NCBI GenBank assembly: GCA_977018835.1
Contig: OZ361260.1
Coordinates: forward strand, 62,001-126,000
From: Minutocellus sp. GHC0000111
Taxonomy: Eukaryota
Length of the DNA: 64,000 nt
Direction of reading: 5' to 3'
The notes beneath the pieces are model-generated. The model searched no databases and was not told where the DNA came from. It worked only from the letters and a program-made list of their open reading frames with translations. Positions 57,216 through 64,000 of the stretch are shown here, in pieces. Each line of letters begins with the position of its first letter. Position 1 is the stretch's first letter. Both the position numbers and the translations under genes were made by a program.

Positions 57216-58832
57216 ATGAGCACAATGGGGACCAAGGTGACTGCACTGTATGGCACCATGAACACCAGCATCGATGGCAGCAGCAGCAGTGACGAAGATG
57301 AGGCACCTGATCTCGTCTTCTTCCCCGACTCAGAGCCTTTACCCGGTGACACGCCAGCTGGTGATAATGATAGCCCAATACCCCCACCGTTAGCGTTGGC
57401 ATCGGCTACAAATGATGCCACCAGCGCCAAAGAAGACGTCCAACTCCCACCAGTTCCCGTCACCATACTGACCGGATTTCTAGGCTCTGGCAAGACAACG
57501 CTCATCAGGTACATTCTGTCTTCACCCGATCATGGATATCGAATCGCGGTCATTGAGAATGAATTCGGTGGTGGCGTCGGTGTCGGCGCTGATGATGACA
57601 CCTCAGCGATAGCAGATGCCAACATGGCCGAACGTGCCGGTCTCAACGTCGAATCAATAATTGCTCGTGATGGTGTGACGGGTTCCTCCCTCTCTGACCT
57701 AATTGAGCTGCCGAATGGGTGTGTATGCTGCACGGTGAAGGACTCTTTGGTGGAAACGTTGGAAAATTTGATTGAAAAGAAGACGGATATCGATTACATA
57801 TTAATCGAAGCGAGTGGGATGGCCAACCCAGGTCCCATCGCCAGCGTATTTTGGTTGGATGATGCCCTGGAATCCCGTTTGAGATTGGACGGGGTTGTTG
57901 CGTGTGTCGATTGCTTGAATATCTTAATGCAATTGAAAGAAACATCGAACCACAATGAAGGAAGTGAGGGCGAAGGTGGAGGAGGAGAAGAGGCGGCCCA
58001 ACAAATCGCCTACGCCGACAGGATTTTGTTGAACAAGACAGACTTATTGTCGTCGGCATCCAATCATGGAAAGGCTCATACTTTGGAATGTGTTCTGGAA
58101 GAGATGCGAAGCATCAACCCCACTGCCCCAATTCATCCCACGACTTTTTCCAAGGTCCCCGATCTCTCGTGGATCCTCGACGCCAAATGTTTTGATGCCG
58201 AGAGGGTGAAGGATATCGATTCTTCTAGCGATGTCGTTGATCAGGACAACCATTCAGAGCATGTATGTACCGACGAGCATTGCAGTGATGTTGGCCACGA
58301 CCACAACCACTCACATCATCAACATCAGCATCGACATACTAGCTCCGTCAGTACGACGGCACTAATCCAAAGTGGATCTGTCAACGTTGGTCGTGTCCAC
58401 GCATGGTTGGCTTCTCTCTTATGGCCAGATCAAGATGAAGACGATGCCGTCTTGACAGCGAGACTCCAACAGCTTATGCAGCAGGAGCAGGAAGAAGAAG
58501 GCGGCGTGGCTCTTGGATCTACGGCTGGTGCCAGCAGCAATAAGGGGAGCAACGAGATGCGAATATTTCGAATCAAGGGCATCCTATCGGTTCAGCATCC
58601 TCCTGGTGATGATCCGGACAACGCGGGCGCCGATGGTAAAAATGTGAATAATAGTGGGATTGACCATCGGAGATATATTGTGCAAGGAGTGAATGATCTT
58701 TGGGAGATCCATCCCGGTAGCGATTCACTCAGATATGCTGATGGAGAGGAGAGAATATGCAAGCTCATTTTCATTGGACGGTGTCTTGATCGAGAAAAGT
58801 TACTTGAAGGTTTTAGAGAGTGTTTCTCCTAG
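57216..58832 (+). CDS. CobW/COG0523 (ZNG1-like) metallochaperone GTPase
   Basis: VTILTGFLGSGKTT, VIENEFG, NGCVCC, EASGMANP, NKTD, His-rich linker, RIKG...VQGV. Confidence 0.95.
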   Translation: MSTMGTKVTALYGTMNTSIDGSSSSDEDEAPDLVFFPDSEPLPGDTPAGDNDSPIPPPLALASATNDATSAKEDVQLPPVPVTILTGFLGSGKTTLIRYILSSPDHGYRIAVIENEFGGGVGVGADDDTSAIADANMAERAGLNVESIIARDGVTGSSLSDLIELPNGCVCCTVKDSLVETLENLIEKKTDIDYILIEASGMANPGPIASVFWLDDALESRLRLDGVVACVDCLNILMQLKETSNHNEGSEGEGGGGEEAAQQIAYADRILLNKTDLLSSASNHGKAHTLECVLEEMRSINPTAPIHPTTFSKVPDLSWILDAKCFDAERVKDIDSSSDVVDQDNHSEHVCTDEHCSDVGHDHNHSHHQHQHRHTSSVSTTALIQSGSVNVGRVHAWLASLLWPDQDEDDAVLTARLQQLMQQEQEEEGGVALGSTAGASSNKGSNEMRIFRIKGILSVQHPPGDDPDNAGADGKNVNNSGIDHRRYIVQGVNDLWEIHPGSDSLRYADGEERICKLIFIGRCLDREKLLEGFRECFS

Positions 58833-58873
58833 CTAGGCAACTAGCTAGGATAGCTAAACCATCGATCTCGGTT

Positions 58874-60559
58874 TTATTCGTACAAATCAACCGTACGTAT
58901 TTGTCTTTTCCCTTCATTCAACAAGTAAGTCTTCTCGTCGGGCACTTTCCCTTCGACGATACTATTCTTTGTTTTGCTCTGAATTCCGTCGCTAATTTCC
59001 TTCCAATCAGCTGTTGCATACAGACCAACGAGAGCGCCATTCAGTAAAGTGTAAAAGATGCAATTAATGCCCCACATAGACGGTAGCTCTCCGCCATTCT
59101 TGACAGAAAATACATAAACAGTAGGGAGGGCGCAACACCAAAGAAGAATGAATATGGTCGTTGCCATTTTCAATTGCAAACCGAGGGCACGGATGATCCC
59201 AGAGTTAATTCCAAAGATATTCAGAATGAAGATATACGCTGATAGTAATGGCCATATCCTGCTGCATTCTTGCGCTACTTCTACGTCAGTTGTAAAGAGG
59301 CTCACAATCCATTCCTCAAGCCTATACACAAGCATCGCGATAAGTGCTGCAAGCACTGCAGATGCGCCCATTGTCGCTTTGGCAATTTGCTTGGCTTTTT
59401 CGACATCGTGAGCGAGTACATTACCAATACGTACGGTCAGCCCAACACTTGTTCCCAGGGGAATCATGAATAGTGTTGGAATGAGATTGTATGCAATAGT
59501 GTGGGCACAGAATTGTACTATGCCCATTTGCCCTGCCATGAAGCATATGATTTCCCAATACCACCACTCACTGAAAGACAATACGCCACCGAGACTCAGT
59601 CTGAAGTACGCCCAGAGATTTTTCCTGGATAGAGAATGTTTGATGAAAGGAAAAGATAGCCCTGGCCATGTTCTTGGATCATATGGCCGCGCGATTCGCA
59701 AATACGACAAGACAAATACAGCCTGAAGCGTTTGAGTTGTGACTATAGCAGCACTCGACCCGATAAATCCAAATGAGGTGACAAACATCCTCAAAATAAA
59801 TGGATGAATGACAAAGCATCCTATTGCCGCGGCATAAACCATGGGCGCAACAATGCTCTGGCATGCCAAGAATCGTTGAATGACTCGAAATAAAATGACT
59901 GAGGGAACTCCCATCAGATATACCCGGATCCAATGTGACGCAAGCTAGGAAGAGTCCTCATCTTGACCCAAACCCACGAGGATATCCTCCGAAAACAAGA
60001 CGAGGGGAATTATCAATGGCAATAAGACCACGGCACAGGCAGTAATACCTCGAACTGTCAGCGATGCAACTTCTCGATAATCAGCAGTGCCAAACGCACG
60101 AGGTTGCAGCGTGTCTGATGCCGATAGCACGCCCATAATCACTGATAGGCAAGTTAAATTCCCAGTCAAACTTGCGAGAGAAAATCCAGCTAATTCCTCC
60201 GTTCCCACGTCTCTGCCGACTTTCGCTGCCGTTTGCGGATAAATAAAGTAGATGGAAAATTGAACTGCGATGGTCGGTATCGCAATATTGAGGAGTAGAC
60301 GAGCCTCGTTGAGTAGGTTGAAGTCGGTATGGGAATGTTGCTCTTCGTCATGAGAGTCCTGCCGTGCGTTTGGTGGTGCGCCTGCTGCTGTTGACTTGAA
60401 GCCGGCATGGGAATGTTATTCTTCGTCGTGAGAACGATGTTCTTCGTCGTGAGAATCTTGTGCGCCATTCGATAGCGATGTCGATTCGTTGGAACTCTTT
60501 TCGCCAAGCTCTGTGGCGACAACTCCTGCCTTCATTCTTTGTTGCCGGCGTATGTCCAT
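58874..60559 (-). CDS. MATE efflux transporter; in-frame stops TAA 60416-60418 and TAG 59945-59947
   Basis: One frame from ATG 60559: ...LLNIAIPT...GTEELAGFSLA...DTLQPRAFG...EWWYWE...VRIGNVL...GIIRALG. Confidence 0.88.
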
Positions 60560-60936
60560 ACATCCAACCACAAAGATTCCTTTAGTAGGCGGTCAGTAGT
60601 AGAAGAGGTCAGTGCGCTACCATTGGTTCGATGGTATGCTCGTGGCCGCGCGCCATGGCGCGCGAGCATTTCGCGTTCAGAAATTCGGTGCTTCTTTGTG
60701 ACGTAAAGAGACGTAGGGCTATTGTGTCATTATGTCCTCTGCTGACGCGGCAGCAAGATTGTGTACACTCCCGCTGCAAAGTGCACTCTGCAGCTGCTAA
60801 AGCTGCACTGAAGTACACAAGCAATTTTCGCATGAACAAGGGACCAACCATGAACAAGAATTTATATTTGCATGACTGAACAGCTAAAAGCTGATAATAA
60901 GAAAGAGATGTTCACAACAAGAACAAACTGGCGAAG

Positions 60937-61851
60937 ATGAAGCAAAAATCAACGCGACCACCAGGGTTGAGTTCATCGAACAGTAGAGTGCAATTGTTGC
61001 AATCGCCGAAAACCTCCATTGCCACCCCTATCACCGAATCGACGCCTCCGTCGTCCTTTCTCAATGCCACAAACTCAAATCCAACGCTGACCAAATCGTC
61101 TCTTGGAAAGATGCAAACTGCTGTCAAGGCTTCCCTTGACAACGATCCTCGCCGAGACACTCTCAAGGCTTCCCTTGACAACGGTCCTCGCCGCGACAAG
61201 TCTCGTTTGCATCCCCACAGCCGCCCATCTACCACCAGCAGCACTACCTGCCCTGATGACGATTCTCACTCTTCTCCCCCCAACGTCCCTCCTAAAACTG
61301 TAGACAGCAAAAGAAGAACAAAAACAAGAGGTCGAAATAGCGCGAATCGACGCGAAAGATACCAGGGCATGCGAAGCTTTTCAGATGGGGGATACACTGG
61401 AGCAAAAAGCAATACATGTACCCGGAAGGCCCGTGCTACTGCTGGTCTGCGGGCGCTTCCAGAGAGATCTTCAAGCTACCATGAACTTAGAAAAACCTAC
61501 GGCCCAATCCCTGGGAGATCTGCAAGCTACAACGATGCTTGGTCCGATGAGTCGTCACTAGATGGCATTGCAGAATCTGACGACGATGCGTCTGGAAACA
61601 GTAGCAAGTCAAAACTTGCAGCCAACAACCCTGACATATGCAATGAAACGGAACAGAGTGACCTACCCCCAAACGAAATAGAATTCTTGCCGCGTCAACG
61701 ACGCCGCAGCAAGAGCATGCTGAGAGAAAAGGAATCGGCTAGTGCGAAGAAAAGGTCTACGGCAGCAGCCGAAAGGTTTGCCCTTATGCATTTGTGGGAG
61801 AAAGAAGATGACTTCCCAAAGCAAAAGAATCCCCATCCTCGTAGTGCTTGA
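60937..61851 (+). CDS. Ser/Arg-rich low-complexity hypothetical protein
   Basis: 304-codon ORF with an in-frame 39-bp tandem duplication (61124-61201, KASLDN.PRRD x2). Confidence 0.55.
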   Translation: MKQKSTRPPGLSSSNSRVQLLQSPKTSIATPITESTPPSSFLNATNSNPTLTKSSLGKMQTAVKASLDNDPRRDTLKASLDNGPRRDKSRLHPHSRPSTTSSTTCPDDDSHSSPPNVPPKTVDSKRRTKTRGRNSANRRERYQGMRSFSDGGYTGAKSNTCTRKARATAGLRALPERSSSYHELRKTYGPIPGRSASYNDAWSDESSLDGIAESDDDASGNSSKSKLAANNPDICNETEQSDLPPNEIEFLPRQRRRSKSMLREKESASAKKRSTAAAERFALMHLWEKEDDFPKQKNPHPRSA

Positions 61852-62155
61852 TTGTATCTAATTAGATCCAATTAGATGTATACTGCATTATATGTGCTTA
61901 TCTACATGTGCTGCTCCACACGGTTGATGCGATGAAATGCTAATGCAATGCATACTTAACTTGTGTGGTATTACTAAAATAAATTATTTGTACTAAAGAA
62001 ATATGTAACAGGTGCATAAATATTATGCGTGGTATGTAAATAGTGCTACTGGCATTGTGATTTATGATGTATATGTGATCCCTATGTGCGTTTTGGGCGC
62101 CGGTGCCTATTTATTTGCCTCTGTATGTACTGCAACGATCCAATTCAGGATGTAC

Positions 62156-63615
62156 TCACTTCATTATCCACAAGTGCGTATTGCTATTGTCGACCTTGTC
62201 ACATTCCTGAAATTTTATCTGCTCTCCATCGCGAGGTTCGTGTCCGGATGTCAGACAAAAGCTCTTATCGGCAAGGGGCGTGATCTTGCTCGGCTTCTTC
62301 ATACACATACCCGCGAATCTTTGATCTTCCCATCTCCCCTTCCCTTCTTCGTCGCAGGGGTAAAGTCGAACACCATTGTCACCGCGCCGAGTCCAACAAA
62401 GATTCTTGTCGTCTTTTGGTCGAATAGTGGGGCCCAATACGAGCCACGTCGTTGGGGAGTTGTCGCACTCCTCCATCTCCAGACTCCACTCGCCCTCTGC
62501 TTCTGCACAGAAGCGAAAGTCCCGGTCACAATCGTAATTCATACTAGTGTCATCGTGCCAGCACCATTTCCGTTCGTAGTACATCTCAATTTTGCATTCC
62601 TCCTTTCTCATCTTTGTGGGCGCAAATGTTGGGGATTCCGACGGGCTGGCCGTAGGCAACACACTGGGGCTTTGGGATGGCCGGAGGCTAGGTCTCACCG
62701 ACGGCATGGACGATGGCACGGTCGAGGGCTGTTCCGTAAATCGAAAGGGATCTCTCTCTTGTGTAATCACCCTCTTCATGAACTTGTTCTCCTGCTTCAT
62801 TACATTCCGTGCAAGCTTATCCTTGGTCAATATTGTTGTCCATGTTCGAGCTTTCTTTTCCGATTCGACCGTCGGTCGTTCCGTTTCCCGTACTTGTCGA
62901 GTTGGTTTCGGAGTGATTTTTGCTGGAGCAAGCGAGGGAGTAAAAGTAGGAACGCCAACCGATGACGGAGAGACAGTTGGAGCACGTGCTTCTCCAGCCA
63001 CGCCCAATACCGCCTCATCGGCGGCGCTGCCTTCGTCAGCTGCATTATTGGTATTGACGCCCAAAGTAAAGTCAACAACTTCGGAAGCAATTGGATCAAT
63101 CTCGCACCGCATGGCACCTTCGCCACGACATTTGTATCCGGGACAACAGTTCCTGGGCAATTTGCTTGAAGCAGCACCGCACTCCTGCGCTCTTTTAATG
63201 ACGGGGCCGCCACAGGAAGTCGCATCATAATCTAGAGTTGCGGTCTCAGCATCATTCACCACGTCTTTGTTGTTACCATCGTCGGCATCATCCGCTCCTT
63301 CGTTCTCATCGTTGGCATTCTCCTCCTCTTCATCCTCATCTTTCCAGTTGGGGGAGTAACAATAATCGACGTCTGGTCGGTCGTCATCGCCCAATTTGCA
63401 GCCGGGAACTCTGCCCCCATCATCTCGTTGCCGACATATCATATCGCCCTCGCAATTGCTGTCCTCGTCGCAATCTCCCTCACAGAGTCCGCATCGTCGG
63501 TCATCGTCGCAGTCGCCATCTATCTTGGTTTTCTGGAGTTGCCTTCCGGGATTCGTGGCAGTGGCGGCAGCACGAACAGTGGCGCTACTGCCAAGGCCGA
63601 CGCTGGGAGCTTCAT
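62156..63615 (-). CDS. Secreted Cys-rich/PT-repeat protein with ricin-B-like C-terminus; 1-bp frameshift in the signal peptide (~63572)
   Basis: MKLPASALAVAPLF/AAATAT, CGLCEGDCDEDSNCEGDMICRQR...VPGC, PSxxPS repeats, LCWT...LYPC...QRF and FCLT...IKFQEC...W. Confidence 0.7.
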
Positions 63616-64000
63616 ATTCCTAATCCTATCTTCTCAATATGGAGGCCGCATCCCTGGGTGCTTGGAGTTATTATTATTGGAGTTGGGGTTCAAATAATTA
63701 TTGAAGTCTTGTTACGTCGTTTTTGGCATGTATGTTTCAGTTGCGCGGCAGGGAGGCCTTTCATGTTTCCAATTTCGTTTCGACGTCATTAGGCCCTTTT
63801 TCGCCGCGGCATGCATGCATCCAGCATCCAGGCAGATAGGCCTAGATGGCCAATTGCCATGGCGCTCCATCTCACGCACATCCAGAACAAGCACGAGTCG
63901 CGCCATAAATGCTCAAACACAAAAGCGAATATTCCAATACCATGTCACGTCGCCGAGAGGTGACCCTCGCCATAACTGGCATGACCTGCTCGTCCTGCTC

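Noticed and set aside
28177..60418. Stop-codon reassignment (alternative genetic code)
   Set aside because: TAA, TAG and TGA all terminate well-conserved genes here, and internal stops are sparse.
62012..62965. 317-aa plus-strand ORF
   Set aside because: Antisense to the secreted PT-repeat gene.
1..64000. tRNA/rRNA genes, prophage or bacterial operons
   Set aside because: None recognisable by eye; spliceosomal introns occur across the window. tRNAscan-SE/Infernal would be needed to exclude small RNAs.

Overview
Eukaryotic nuclear DNA, almost certainly a diatom. Evidence: compact genes, short GT-AG introns, ASAF(AP)-type bipartite plastid presequences, diatom-type LRR/kinase/HMG families and relics of diatom retrotransposons. 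About 30 genes can be called: LRR membrane protein, HD-like protein, SASA esterase, MINDY-like/MYND protein, Tic20, kinase, glycosyltransferase, ABHD hydrolase, TauE, cyclophilin, mitochondrial carrier, ORC2, HMG-box, MBD protein, TatB, a UxxC selenoprotein, MMSDH, HDAC, AKR, PGM-like protein, HECT E3, C2-IPK, EF-hand, CobW, MATE and others. Most notable: (1) a ~1.4 kb tract with no TAT/TAC/ATA/GTA at all, suggesting a RIP-like T:A>C:G hypermutation process; (2) a plastid-targeted selenoprotein split by the ORF track at an in-frame TGA; (3) a catalytically dead MINDY deubiquitinase fused to an MIU-like motif and a MYND finger; (4) a 1.93 kb near-perfect direct duplication flanking a mosaic insert; (5) many 1-bp frameshifts and premature stops, which indicate either consensus error or a decaying haplotype. 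All family assignments come from motif recognition by eye; no searches were run.
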